64,000 bases of DNA from the NCBI GenBank assembly GCA_032718475.1, contig JAUCBJ010008156.1:27696-91695 (forward strand). Reading direction: 5' to 3'. Of this stretch, positions 50,101 through 63,497 are shown one piece after another. This stretch comes from Nemertoderma westbladi (lineage: Eukaryota; Animalia; Xenacoelomorpha). The notes beneath the pieces are model-generated. The model saw only the letters and a program-made list of their open reading frames with translations. It made no database searches and was not told the origin of the DNA. Position 1 is the stretch's first letter; the number at the start of each line of letters is the position of its first letter. Both the position numbers and the translations under genes were made by a program.

Positions 50101-51317
50101 TTGTAACACTGTGTACAAGTTGGGAATAGTAACCCCAATTGTCTCACACTTTCTCAAGTCACTGGCACTGTCTCCTCGAAAGTTACAAGTATTCAACTGT
50201 TTCTGTAGGTAGTAACATGAAAAAACGCCGCTTATAGCCTAAAAACACACTCCCACCTATTATAATCGAATATAGTTAAATAACTCTGGAAGCCCTGTGT
50301 TTTCTGAGTTGTAACACTGTGTACAAGTTGGGAATAGTAACCCCAATTGTCTCACACTTTCTCAAGTCACTGGCACTGTCTCCTCGAAAGTTACAAGTAT
50401 TCAACTGTTTCTGTAGGTAGTAACATGAAAAAACGCCGCTTATAGCCTAAAAACACACTGCGACGTATTATATTCGAATATAGTTAAATAACTCTGGAAG
50501 CCCTGTGTTTTCTGAGTTGTAACACTGTGTACAAATTGGGAATAGTAACCCCAATTGTCTCACACTTTCTCAAGTCACTGGCACTGTCTCCTCGAAAGTT
50601 ACAAGTATTCAACTGTTTCTGTAGGTAGTAACATGAAAAAACGCCGCTTAGAGCCTAAAAACACACTCCCACCTATTATAATCGCATGTAGTTAAATAAC
50701 TCTGGAAGCCCTGTGTTTTCTGAGTTGTAACACTGTGTACAAGTTGGGAATAGTAACCCCAATTGTCTCACACTTTCTAAAGTCACTGGCACTGTCTCCT
50801 CAAAAGTTACAAGTATTTAACTGTTTCTGTAGGTAGTAACATGAAAAAACGCCGCTTATAGCCTAAAAACACACTCCCACCTATTATAATCGAATGTAGT
50901 TAAATAACTCTGGAAGCCCTGTGTTTTCTGAGTTGTAACACTGTGTACAAGTTGGGAATAGTAACCCCAATTGTCTCACACTTTCTCAAGTCACTGGCAC
51001 TGTCTCCTCGAAAGTTACAACGTATTCAACTGTTTCTGTAGGTAGTAACATGAAAAAACGCCGCTTATAGCCTAAAAACACACTACGACGTATTATATTC
51101 GAATATAGTTAAATAACTCTGGAAGCCCTGTGTTTTCTGAGTTGTAACACTGTGTACAAGTTGGGAATAGTAACCCCAATTGTCTCACACTTTCTCAAGT
51201 CACTGGCACTGTCTCCTCGAAAGTTATAACCTATTTAACTGGTTCTGTAGGTAGTAACATGAAAAAACGCCGCTTATAGCCTAAAAACACACTCTCACCT
51301 ATTATAATTGTATGTAG

Positions 51318-53343
51318 TAGGAAGTTATTTATCAAACTCAGCAGCATGGGATGCAGCGCTGTAATGCTCACCGCATTAATAGCAATGTATCAGAACACCT
51401 TCGCGGCAGTTGACTTCAATGGCGAATATTCCCATATCTTCAAAATTTTGTGTGGTATTCGACAAGGAGCCCCCTCCAGCCCCATTCTGTTTATTGTATA
51501 TACAATAGGTTTGATCGGGCTATTCAACAAATTTGCATGGGAAGAAACTATCCACAAACTACACCTGCTCATTCATGCTGACGACACTCTTGTCCTAGCA
51601 ACCAGCCGAACACTTGCCGAAGTAAAATTGGAAACACTGGAAAAATATTGTTTAGAAAGCTTCATCACACTAAATCCCACCAAATGTAGCTATATCTGCA
51701 TCAATTCTGGTGAAAGTCACCACAAGCCACTTAACTTTGAGTCACGGAAGTATAAATCATTCGAACTCTGAAATTTACCTCGGTTCGTCACTAAATTCAT
51801 CCGGAAAGATTAAAGATATGTTTTTGGAAGACTTAAAAAACAGACAAAAGCACTTTATTAAGTTTTATGCATTTTTGAGAGAAAATATAAATGCACCCCT
51901 CCGTGTGAAGGAAAAGGTGCTGGATGCGTGCCTTATCAATGGTATTTTATACAATTGCGAGGGTTGGCACAGCGTTAACACTTCGAAACTAGAAGCTCAA
52001 TATCGACGAGTTTTAAAGACAATGCTTGGAGTGAAACTGTCCACACCAAACGAAATACCATATATCGAACTCGGTCGCCCACTTTTGACTGACATCATAA
52101 AGTCGCGAACTACAAATTTAATTAAACGTATTCTATCACAAGATTACCCAGATCAGAATTCACCACTGTTATTAATTCTAAACTCAAGCGAAGCAAACTA
52201 CTCCCCAATGTGCCGATCCCTCAAAGCGTGTCTGACCTCCGACAGCCCAGAAATTATATTGGAGAAATCCCTCTCAACACTGAAAAACGCCGTAATTAGG
52301 AAAGCAGCCCTAGGAAAGAGTCGTTATGTGACTTATTTGACCATTAACCCTGATCTCAAACGCCCACAGGCATATAACGGGATCTACTCCAACCCGGACA
52401 TCCACTCATTTGCTCGTATTCGCACCAGTTCCCACGAACTCGCAATAGAAAAGGGACGGTATAACCGCACACCACGTGATCAACGTACTTGCATATGTGG
52501 CGTCATTGAGGACGAGGAACACGTCACACTAAAATGCAAACTGTACAACTCGCTGAGAGACCAATTTATCGACAATCCCGCATCGGTTGACTCTCTGACC
52601 GACCTACTTGATCTACCGAACGCCCCATGTTATATATCCCAACTATTCCAGACAAGAAAGACTATTATTAATGAGCGACGGCAGGCTAACCCCTAAGAAA
52701 CTATATATTATATTACCGTATCTATTTATTATTATTTACTATATTAGTAACAAAACAATTCAATATTAACTATATTTATATATTAACTATTTATTACATA
52801 AAATTATATTATATATTAGTAACACTATCTATTTATTATTATATATTAAATACATTACGTTCGATTAGACCTACCCTATATAATACATCTTTAATATACA
52901 ATATTATTATTATTATATTATAATGCGTACAGTACTGCATATTTATAGGTCATGCATTCGACAGGTCATTCAAGCGATATAATCTTACATCCACTTTATA
53001 CATTCAGCCATTATATTTACTTTAATTACGAAATTTATACACCCGTTTTTATATATCCAGTCACTATATTTTGCTTTAAATTCTAAGTTCTTTTTTACAT
53101 TCGTATTTATATTTATATTTTTCAGTAATTCACTATACATTCACAAAACTAATAAATCCGTTTTATATATTCAGTTACTATATTTGCTTCAAATACTATT
53201 CTCTTCGATCGGACTACTACATTTATAAAGTATTATTTTCGTGCAATTTGCTTAACATACTACTGTAAATTTGTAAATCATCTGTAAACAATTTCTCTGT
53301 GCAATTATTATTCTACATAGTAGTCGATAATATACATACATAC
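51318..53343 (+). mobile_element. 5'-truncated CR1-group LINE (second family) with AT-rich 3' UTR and (TACA)n tail
   Basis: GIRQGAPSSPILF, HADDT, RTSSHELAIEKGR...CICGVIEDEEHVTLKC; ORFs 51346..51771 and 51710..52696 are joined by a frameshift. Confidence 0.88.
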
Positions 53344-53845
53344 ACGAAGTGGGGACTTCGCGCAGCACGAAGTTGGCAGAGCCTTAGCGAATTGACACTG
53401 TTAGGGGGTAGGTCAATTTATGCAAATAGTCACGTTGGCCCTCTAGCGGCAGACTGGAGAACTGCAGATGGATTCGCCTCCTTTGAAAGTCACAGCTAAT
53501 GGTCTAATACATATCTGCCAAGTTTCAGCTTAAACGGATTAAAAGCAAAGAAATGGGAGGGCATTTAATGTTTAGACATGTGGCCCTCTAGCGGGAGACC
53601 ATTGCACTGATGGTGTCTGAAAGTCTCTCAAAAATCTCATCTTTTGCTCATATTGATACCTACAAATTTTCAACTTGGCAGCTTTAAATCCGACAAAGTT
53701 ATTAGCATGTCAAAATCGTAACGACGACGACAACGACGACGACGACGACCGACGACGACGACGACGACAACTATTTGCATAAATGGACCCACCCCCTAAC
53801 AGTGTCAATTCGCTAAGGCTCCGCCAACTTCGTGGCTCGCCCCAC
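53343..53845. mobile_element. ~500-bp MITE/HINE-like element with ~65-bp subterminal inverted repeats and a (GAC)n tract
   Basis: 53366-53430 pairs with ~53770-53834; microsatellite at 53721-53769; sits within the LINE's TACA tail. Confidence 0.75.
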
Positions 53846-54196
53846 ATACATAGTTAAATAACTCTGGAAGCCCTGTGTTTTCTGAGTTGTAACACTGTGT
53901 ACAAGTTGGGAATAGTAACCCCAATTGTCTCACACTTTCTCAAGTCAGTGGCACTGTCTCCTCGAAAGTTACAAGTATTCAACTGTTTCTGTAGGTAGTA
54001 ACATGAAAAAACGCCGCTTATAGCCTAAAAACACACTTCGACGTATAATATTCGAATATAGTTAAATAACTCTGGAAGCCCTGTGTTTTCTGAGTTGTAA
54101 CACTGTGTACAAATTGGGAATAGTAACCCCAATTGTCTCACACTTTCTCAAGTCACTGGCACTGTCTCCTCGAAAGTTACAAGTATTCAACTATTT

Positions 54197-55079
54197 GAAG
54201 GGATCGGTCATCAGGAAAGCGGTACGGCTTGGCTAGGGGTCTTTCAGTTCATCGCAGGGTCCCAACCACCTAAGCTTTCCGAATCCTTTTCAGGCTCGTA
54301 GTCGCATCGGTAGCCGAGAGGCTGCTCCGAATAGTCGGTAGGCCAGTAGAGTCTGGTCCTCTGTCTTTCGACCCTGTCGCGTGTCCGTCCCACCCTTCCC
54401 GAACCCTGAAGGGATCGGTCATCAGGAAAGTGGTACGGCTTGGCTAGGGGTCTGTCAGCCCGTTGTGAGTCCCAACTGTCGGAGCTTTCCGAATCATTTT
54501 CAGGCTCGTACTAACGCCAATCGTGGAACCCATGCCAGGAAGTCAGTCCTCGTCGAACCCTTCCTTTGTCCAGTCAGTCGATCCTTCGCAAGTCCCTGGC
54601 GCAATCAGCAAGCTTTCCGAATCCTTTTCAGGCTCATAATCGCCGCTGGTGGCCAGGTACCGCTAAGGATCTGTCAGTTCCCGTCGCAAATCCCTGGCGC
54701 AATCAGCAAGCTTTCCGAATCCTTTTCAGGCTTGTAATCACCGCTGGTGGCCAGGAACCGCTAAGGGCAGTCCTTGTCCCCAGGCCTAGCGGGTTACCAA
54801 CTACCGAAGTAGAAGGAGGTTGTCTAGGCCTAAAAAACTATCAGGCAACCCTGACAGCTGAGAGTATTGCTTGATTTTGCCTCCCACCCCTGGCCCTTAA
54901 ATATCTGATATGAGTTCCGTGCCCCGTAAGTTGCCCCAATATTCGCCCATAAATCGCCCCCAGTCTATTGAATGTGCCCGAATTTTATGTTCCCGCACCA
55001 TGTTCCCGTACTGATATTGGCACATTCATAACAAATAAATCCAAAAAATATTTAACTCGCGTTATGATAAAATGAAATC
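54197..55079. other. GC-rich segment with internal direct repeats, probably LTR-element derived
   Basis: GAAGGGATCGGTCATCAGGAAAG at 54197 and 54408; AGCTTTCCGAATC.TTTTCAGGCT four times; contiguous with the integrase relic. Confidence 0.5.
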
Positions 55080-55608
55080 CCGCGAAGAAACCCTCTCCTT
55101 GCCATGAATCTCTTCAAAGCCAAGAGTAGAGATTTGGTTGACATGTCTGCTACATGTTATATATGCACGGCTCTGCTAGCCATACATATCAATAGCAGAC
55201 CCCACCTCTTGTGGGTCAGTCGTCCACTCTTTGCCTCAACTGGGCCAAAACAATCCACCCAGTTCGTGAATGGTGGATCATATGCCTATACTCTCGCTTT
55301 CGGGAGTTCAGCCATTTCCTGTTCCAATACTCTGGCGTTTACTCTCTTACAAATCAGACAGGCGTCATACATTGTACCTACCGCCTTGCTTGGCTTTAAC
55401 AGAATAAATCACTGTCTCACTGCCGACAAGCAGTCTAACCTTCCTGCGTGATGCAGCCTCTTATGTATATCCCATAGAATCGTTCTTTGCAATTCTATTG
55501 GGTGACTAGGGATTATCACTGGAAACCTGAACTGTGCGTTTACGTCGACAGTTTGAATTCTTGATCCATGACAAATCAAACCCTTATGTATTAGTGGACT
55601 CCATTACT
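55080..55608 (-). pseudogene. Degenerate BEL/Pao integrase fragment
   Basis: Minus strand reads HKRLHHAGRLDC...CLICKRVNAR...MAELPKARV*AYDPPFTNWVDCFGP...CMASRAVHI with TGA, TAG and TAA stops. Confidence 0.85.
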
Positions 55609-58600
55609 ATGTTACTACCTACAGAACCAGTTAAAAGGTTATAACTTTCGAGGAGACAGTGCCAGTGACTTGAGAAAGTGTGAGACAATTGGGGTTACTA
55701 TTCCCAATTTGTACACAGTGTTACAACTCAGAAAACACAGGGCTTCCAGAGTTATTTAACTATATTCGAATATAATACGTCGTAGTGTGTTTTTAGGCTA
55801 TAAGCGGCGTTTTTTCATGTTACTTCCTACAGAACCAGTTAAAAGGTTATAACTTTCGACGAGACAGTGCCAGTGACTTGAGAAAGTGTGAGACAATTGG
55901 GGTTACTATTCCCAATTTGTACACAGTGTTACAACTCAGAAAACACAGGGCTTCCAGAGTTATTTAACTATATTCGAATATAATACGTCGTAGTGTGTTT
56001 TTAGGCTATAAGCGGCGTTTTTTCATGTTACTTCCTACAGAACCAGTTAAAAGGTTATAACTTTCGAGGAGACAGTGCCAGTGACTTGAGAAAGTGTGAG
56101 ACAATTGGGGTTACTATTCCCAATTTGTACACAGTGTTACAACTCAGAAAACACAGGGCTTCCAGAGTTATTTAACTATATTCGAATATAATACGTCGTA
56201 GTGTGTTTTTAGGCTATAAGCGGCGTTTTTTCATGTTACTTCCTACAGAACCAGTTAAAAGGTTATAACTTTCGAGGAGACAGTGCCAGTGACTTGAGAA
56301 AGTGTGAGACAATTGGGGTTACTATTCCCAATTTGTACACAGTGTTACAACTCAGAAAACACAGGGCTTCCAGAGTTATTTAACTATATTCGAATATAAT
56401 ACGTCGTAGTGTGTTTTTAGGCTATAAGCGGCGTTTTTTCATGTTACTTCCTACAGAACCAGTTAAAAGGTTATAACTTTCGAGGAGACAGTGCCAGTGA
56501 CTTGAGAAAGTGTGAGACAATTGGGGTTACTATTCCCAATTTGTACACAGTGTTACAACTCAGAAAACACAGGGCTTCCAGAGTTATTTAACTATATTCG
56601 AATATAATACGTCGTAGTGTGTTTTTAGGCTATAAGCGGCGTTTTTTCATGTTACTTCCTACAGAACCAGTTAAAAGGTTATAACTTTCGAGGAGACAGT
56701 GCCAGTGACTTGAGAAAGTGTGAGACAATTGGGGTTACTATTCCCAATTTGTACACAGTGTTACAACTCAGAAAACACAGGGCTTCCAGAGTTATTTAAC
56801 TATATTCGAATATAATACGTCGTAGTGTGTTTTTAGGCTATAAGCGGCGTTTTTTCATGTTACTTCCTACAGAACCAGTTAAAAGGTTATAACTTTCGAG
56901 GAGACAGTGCCAGTGACTTGAGAAAGTGTGAGACAATTGGGGTTACTATTCCCAATTTGTACACAGTGTTACAACTCAGAAAACACAGGGCTTCCAGAGT
57001 TATTTAACTATATTCGAATATAATACGTCGTAGTGTGTTTTTAGGCTATAAGCGGCGTTTTTTCATGTTACTTCCTACAGAACCAGTTAAAAGGTTATAA
57101 CTTTCGAGGAGACAGTGCCAGTGACTTGAGAAAGTGTGAGACAATTGGGGTTACTATTCCCAATTTGTACACAGTGTTACAACTCAGAAAACACAGGGCT
57201 TCCAGAGTTATTTAACTATATTCGAATATAATACGTCGTAGTGTGTTTTTAGGCTATAAGCGGCGTTTTTTCATGTTACTTCCTACAGAACCAGTTAAAA
57301 GGTTATAACTTTCGAGGAGACAGTGCCAGTGACTTGAGAAAGTGTGAGACAATTGGGGTTACTATTCCCAATTTGTACACAGTGTTACAACTCAGAAAAC
57401 ACAGGGCTTCCAGAGTTATTTAACTATATTCGAATATAATACGTCGTAGTGTGTTTTTAGGCTATAAGCGGCGTTTTTTCATGTTACTTCCTACAGAACC
57501 AGTTAAAAGGTTATAACTTTCGAGGAGACAGTGCCAGTGACTTGAGAAAGTGTGAGACAATTGGGGTTACTATTCCCAATTTGTACACAGTGTTACAACT
57601 CAGAAAACACAGGGCTTCCAGAGTTATTTAACTATATTCGAATATAATACGTCGTAGTGTGTTTTTAGGCTATAAGCGGCGTTTTTTCATGTTACTTCCT
57701 ACAGAACCAGTTAAAAGGTTATAACTTTCGAGGAGACAGTGCCAGTGACTTGAGAAAGTGTGAGACAATTGGGGTTACTATTCCCAATTTGTACACAGTG
57801 TTACAACTCAGAAAACACAGGGCTTCCAGAGTTATTTAACTATATTCGAATATAATACGTCGTAGTGTGTTTTTAGGCTATAAGCGGCGTTTTTTCATGT
57901 TACTTCCTACAGAACCAGTTAAAAGGTTATAACTTTCGAGGAGACAGTGCCAGTGACTTGAGAAAGTGTGAGACAATTGGGGTTACTATTCCCAATTTGT
58001 ACACAGTGTTACAACTCAGAAAACACAGGGCTTCCAGAGTTATTTAACTATATTCGAATATAATACGTCGTAGTGTGTTTTTAGGCTATAAGCGGCGTTT
58101 TTTCATGTTACTTCCTACAGAACCAGTTAAAAGGTTATAACTTTCGAGGAGACAGTGCCAGTGACTTGAGAAAGTGTGAGACAATTGGGGTTACTATTCC
58201 CAATTTGTACACAGTGTTACAACTCAGAAAACACAGGGCTTCCAGAGTTATTTAACTATATTCGAATATAATACGTCGTAGTGTGTTTTTAGGCTATAAG
58301 CGGCGTTTTTTCATGTTACTTCCTACAGAACCAGTTAAAAGGTTATAACTTTCGAGGAGACAGTGCCAGTGACTTGAGAAAGTGTGAGACAATTGGGGTT
58401 ACTATTCCCAATTTGTACACAGTGTTACAACTCAGAAAACACAGGGCTTCCAGAGTTATTTAACTATATTCGAATATAATACGTCGTAGTGTGTTTTTAG
58501 GCTATAAGCGGCGTTTTTTCATGTTACTTCCTACAGAACCAGTTAAAAGGTTATAACTTTCGAGGAGACAGTGCCAGTGACTTGAGAAAGTGTGAGACAA

Positions 58601-61600
58601 TTGGGGTTACTATTCCCAATTTGTACACAGTGTTACAACTCAGAAAACACAGGGCTTCCAGAGTTATTTAACTATATTCGAATATAATACGTCGTAGTGT
58701 GTTTTTAGGCTATAAGCGGCGTTTTTTCATGTTACTTCCTACAGAACCAGTTAAAAGGTTATAACTTTCGAGGAGACAGTGCCAGTGACTTGAGAAAGTG
58801 TGAGACAATTGGGGTTACTATTCCCAATTTGTACACAGTGTTACAACTCAGAAAACACAGGGCTTCCAGAGTTATTTAACTATATTCGAATATAATACGT
58901 CGTAGTGTGTTTTTAGGCTATAAGCGGCGTTTTTTCATGTTACTTCCTACAGAACCAGTTAAAAGGTTATAACTTTCGAGGAGACAGTGCCAGTGACTTG
59001 AGAAAGTGTGAGACAATTGGGGTTACTATTCCCAATTTGTACACAGTGTTACAACTCAGAAAACACAGGGCTTCCAGAGTTATTTAACTATATTCGAATA
59101 TAATACGTCGTAGTGTGTTTTTAGGCTATAAGCGGCGTTTTTTCATGTTACTTCCTACAGAACCAGTTAAAAGGTTATAACTTTCGAGGAGACAGTGCCA
59201 GTGACTTGAGAAAGTGTGAGACAATTGGGGTTACTATTCCCAATTTGTACACAGTGTTACAACTCAGAAAACACAGGGCTTCCAGAGTTATTTAACTATA
59301 TTCGAATATAATACGTCGTAGTGTGTTTTTAGGCTATAAGCGGCGTTTTTTCATGTTACTTCCTACAGAACCAGTTAAAAGGTTATAACTTTCGAGGAGA
59401 CAGTGCCAGTGACTTGAGAAAGTGTGAGACAATTGGGGTTACTATTCCCAATTTGTACACAGTGTTACAACTCAGAAAACACAGGGCTTCCAGAGTTATT
59501 TAACTATATTCGAATATAATACGTCGTAGTGTGTTTTTAGGCTATAAGCGGCGTTTTTTCATGTTACTACCTACAGAACCAGTTAAAAGGTTATAACTTT
59601 CGAGGAGACAGTGCCAGTGACTTGAGAAAGTGTGAGACAATTGGGGTTACTATTCCCAATTTGTACACAGTGTTACAACTCAGATAACACAGGGCTTCCA
59701 GAGTTATTTAACTATATTCGAATATAATACGTCGTAGTGTGTTTTTAGGCTATAAGCGGCGTTTTTTCATGTTACTACCTACAGAACCAGTTAAAAGGTT
59801 ATAACTTTCGAGGAGACAGTGCCAGTGACTTGAGAAAGTGTGAGACAATTGGGGTTACTATTCCCAATTTGTACACAGTGTTACAACTCAGAAAACACAG
59901 GGCTTCCAGAGTTATTTAACTATATTCGAATATTATACGTCGAAGTGTGTTTTTAGGCTATAAGCGGCGTTTTTTCATGTTACTACCTACAGAAACAGTT
60001 GAATACTTGTAACTTTCGAGGAGACAGTGCCAGTGACTTGAGAAAGTGTGAGACAATTGGGGTTACTATTCCCAATTTGTACACAGTGTTACAACTCAGA
60101 AAACACAGGGCTTCCAGAGTTATTTAACTATATTCGATATATAATAGGTGGGAGTGTGTTTTTAGGCTCTAAGCGGCGTTTTTTCATGTTACTACCTACA
60201 GAAACAGTTGAATACTTGTAACTTTCGAGGAGACAGTGCCAGTGACTTGAGAAAGTGTGAGACAATTGGGGTTACTATTCCCAATTTGTACACAGTGTTA
60301 CAACTCAGAAAACACAGGGCTTCCAGAGTTATTTAACTATATTCGATTATAATAGGTGGGAGTGTGTTTTTAGGCTATAAGCGGCGTTTTTTCATGTTAC
60401 TACCTACAGAAACAGTTAAATACTTGTAACTTTTGAGGAGACAGTGCCAGTGACTTGAGAAAGTGTGAGACAATTGGGGTTACTATTCCCAACTTGTACA
60501 CAGTGTTACAACTCAGAAAACACAGGGCTTCCAGAGTTATTTAACTATATTCGATTATAATAGGTGGGAGTGTGTTTTTAGGCTATAAGCGGCGTTTTTT
60601 CATGTTACTACCTACAGAAACAGTTGAATACTTGTAACTTTCGAGGAGACAGTGCCAGTGACTTGAGAAAGTGTGAGACAATTGGGGTTACTATTCCCAA
60701 TTTGTACACAGTGTTACAACTCAGAAAACACAGGGCTTCCAGAGTTATTTAACTACATTCGATTATAATAGGTGGGAGTGTGTTTTTAGGCTATAAGCGG
60801 CGTTTTTTCATGTTACTACCTACAGAAACAGTTAAATACTTGTAACTTTTGAGGAGACAGTGCCAGTGACTTTAGAAAGTGTGAGACAATTGGGGTTACT
60901 ATTCCCAACTTGTACACAGTGTTACAACTCAGAAAACACAGGGCTTCCAGAGTTATTTAACTACATGCGATTATAATAGGTGGGAGTGTGTTTTTAGGCT
61001 CTAAGCGGCGTTTTTTCATGTTACTACCTACAGAAATAGTTGAATACTTGTAACTTTCGAGGAGACAGTGCCAGTGACTTGAGAAAGTGTGAGACAATTG
61101 GGGTTACTATTCCCAACTTGTACGCAGTGTTACAACTCAGAAAACACAGGGCTTCCAGAGTTATTTAACTACATACAATTATAATTGGTGGGAGTGTGTT
61201 TTTAGGCTATAAGCGGCGTTTTTTCATGTTACTACCTACAGAAATAGTTGAATACTTTTAACTTTCGAGGAGACAGTGCCAGTGACTTGAGAAAGTGTGA
61301 GACAATTGGGGTTACTATTCCCAATTTGTACACAGTGTTACAACTCAGAAAACACAGGGCTTCCAGAGTTATTTAACTATATTCGAATATAATACGTCGA
61401 AGTGTGTTTTTAGGCTATAAGCGGCGTTTTTTCATGTTACTTCCTACAGAACCAGTTGAAAAGGTTATAACTTTCGAGGAGACAGTGCCAGTGACTTGAG
61501 AAAGTGTGAGACAATTGGGGTTACTATTCCCAATTTGTACACAGTGTTACAACTCAGAAAACACAGGGCTTCCAGAGTTATTTAACTATATTCGAATATA

Positions 61601-61660
61601 ATACGTCGAAGTGTGTTTTTAGGCTATAAGCGGCGTTTTTTCATGTTACTACCTACAGAA
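55609..61660 (-). repeat. 208-bp satellite array, inverted orientation, ~29 units
   Basis: Reverse complement of the + array; the first ~19-20 units are essentially identical. Confidence 0.98.
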
Positions 61661-62387
61661 AGTGCATTCCCATACTTCTATACTTCTATCCTTCCCATAC
61701 TGCTAACAGGTGATTTTAACTGCCGTTTAGATGGCCCTCATGATCGTGGAGACACACTATGCAGTGGCCTACTTGGCGCAGGACTGAACTGCATTAACGA
61801 CCACTCAATCCCAACATTTTACTCCTGGAATGGTCAGAGCGTAATCGACCTCGTTTTTGTCGACCACCTATTGGCTGATAAGGTCTCAGTAAGTATCCGC
61901 CCAACTACAAACACTAAACACCAACGCGTTTATATAAAATATAAAACAACAAGCCCCATCAACTATAGGAAAGAGCGCTGTAAAGCAATCAAGAGGCTTG
62001 ATGTAGACAAATTAGGCCACATTCTAACGACGGGGGATTTTCAATCTGCTATAGCCAATGGAGTAGACGATGTCTGTTCTTACATAACTAATGCTATTAC
62101 AAATTCTTCGTTATCTAGTAAGCCGAGAAATTCCAAACCTTGGTTCAATCAAGAATGCTATCTGGCTAAACACGAACTCATATCAAGTTTTCAGTTAATG
62201 AAACGGGCGCCAACACCCCTAAACAAGCAAAGATATTCGGAGTTAGCTCGTTCATATAAGAAGTTGATGCATACTAAAAAGACATTGTACGAGGCCCAAA
62301 AAGAGTTTAAGTTAATTCAAGAGTGCGAGTCTGACAAACAGGAATTTTGGAACATTCTGAAGACTGGCGACCAAGTCAAACCAGTTG
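61661..62387 (+). pseudogene. Inverted duplicate of LINE segment 25134..25860
   Basis: Nearly identical translation and the same satellite junction; truncated after CCAGTTG. Confidence 0.93.
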
Positions 62388-63497
62388 TTGATCGTCAGCC
62401 CCCAAACGCTGTAATGACGACCAGTCCCCGGTCCTCTACCTGATTCGCCTGACCACAGCTACTGGCCCCTACCAGCATTGCCACATATTGGATCCTCCAC
62501 CTCTCCTTCCGTCGCTTCCAACAGTGCGCCTGCAATGCCTACCGGTACCCTTAGCCCAACATGCTAAAGTAAGCAATTACCATATCGGCGCAAGCATAAC
62601 AAACAGTCTGACAGTCGAAAATAAATCTTTATTAGGATTTGCTACATTGCAAAGATTAAAGAAAATCAAGAGTCAGTTCAAGCAGTAATCATTATCAAAA
62701 GTCACAAATCAGGCAACAGTATCAGCAGAAAATCAGCATTTTCAATCAACGGAAGTACAAAATCATAAGAAGAATTAATAATTCACAACAACAAAACTGT
62801 AAGAATGATGCAATGTCTAAACCATTGGTCGAACAAAATCCTAATGCTATTAAACCAACCTAAGTAGCTAAACCAATGAGAGAGCCGGATTATGGCTCTT
62901 TGCCTCTCGAAATCCCTAAACCATTTCCATATATGGTAATAAATCTGTCTCGGTGGGCTTATAGGTCCATTGCCATAATGTTAATTTGGCGATTATTAAA
63001 GCGCAATTTTGGCGTTAATTTAGTACAACATTGATTTATAGAGAAATACAAATGAAATTAATACAAAATACACATCAGATTCAAATAATATCATAAAACT
63101 GGCAAATTCATATTTATGTTTTATAAAAGTTTGCCACCGTAAATTAATATGTTAAGGTTTTATTATAAAAATTACGTAAGTAGGGCTACATACTGTATAA
63201 AATCGGTTGAATATAATGAACTTGTATATTTTATTGTCCCTATCTAATTACGGCTATACATCAATACGACTTATCTAATTATTCTATACTGTATGATGGG
63301 TTGTTTTAGTAAACAACGCCATATATCGTAACACCACCCCAAGGGAAACATGTAATGTTTCCCTCCAATTGTAGAAGAAATAGGGCGATGTGAAATAACA
63401 AAATAAAATTTACTTTCAAACAAATCTTACAACTCGCTTCTAATAATTCTAATAATTAGGTACAAATATTGCCATTGTTATTGCATAATAATGATTA

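Larger units (their letters stand above)
45225..54196 (+). repeat. 208-bp satellite array (heterogeneous units), interrupted at 46040-47154 and ~51318-53850
   Basis: Tandem monomer GTTAAATAACTCTGGAAGCCCTGTG...; the period is measured in the mirror array (3120 bp = 15 units). Confidence 0.98.

Noticed and set aside
45225-61660. Hammerhead ribozyme in the satellite monomer
   Set aside because: No CTGANGA core with flanking helices seen on either strand.
62386-62800. New LTR starting TGTTG at the LINE truncation
   Set aside because: No partner LTR, TSD, PBS or coding domain in the window.
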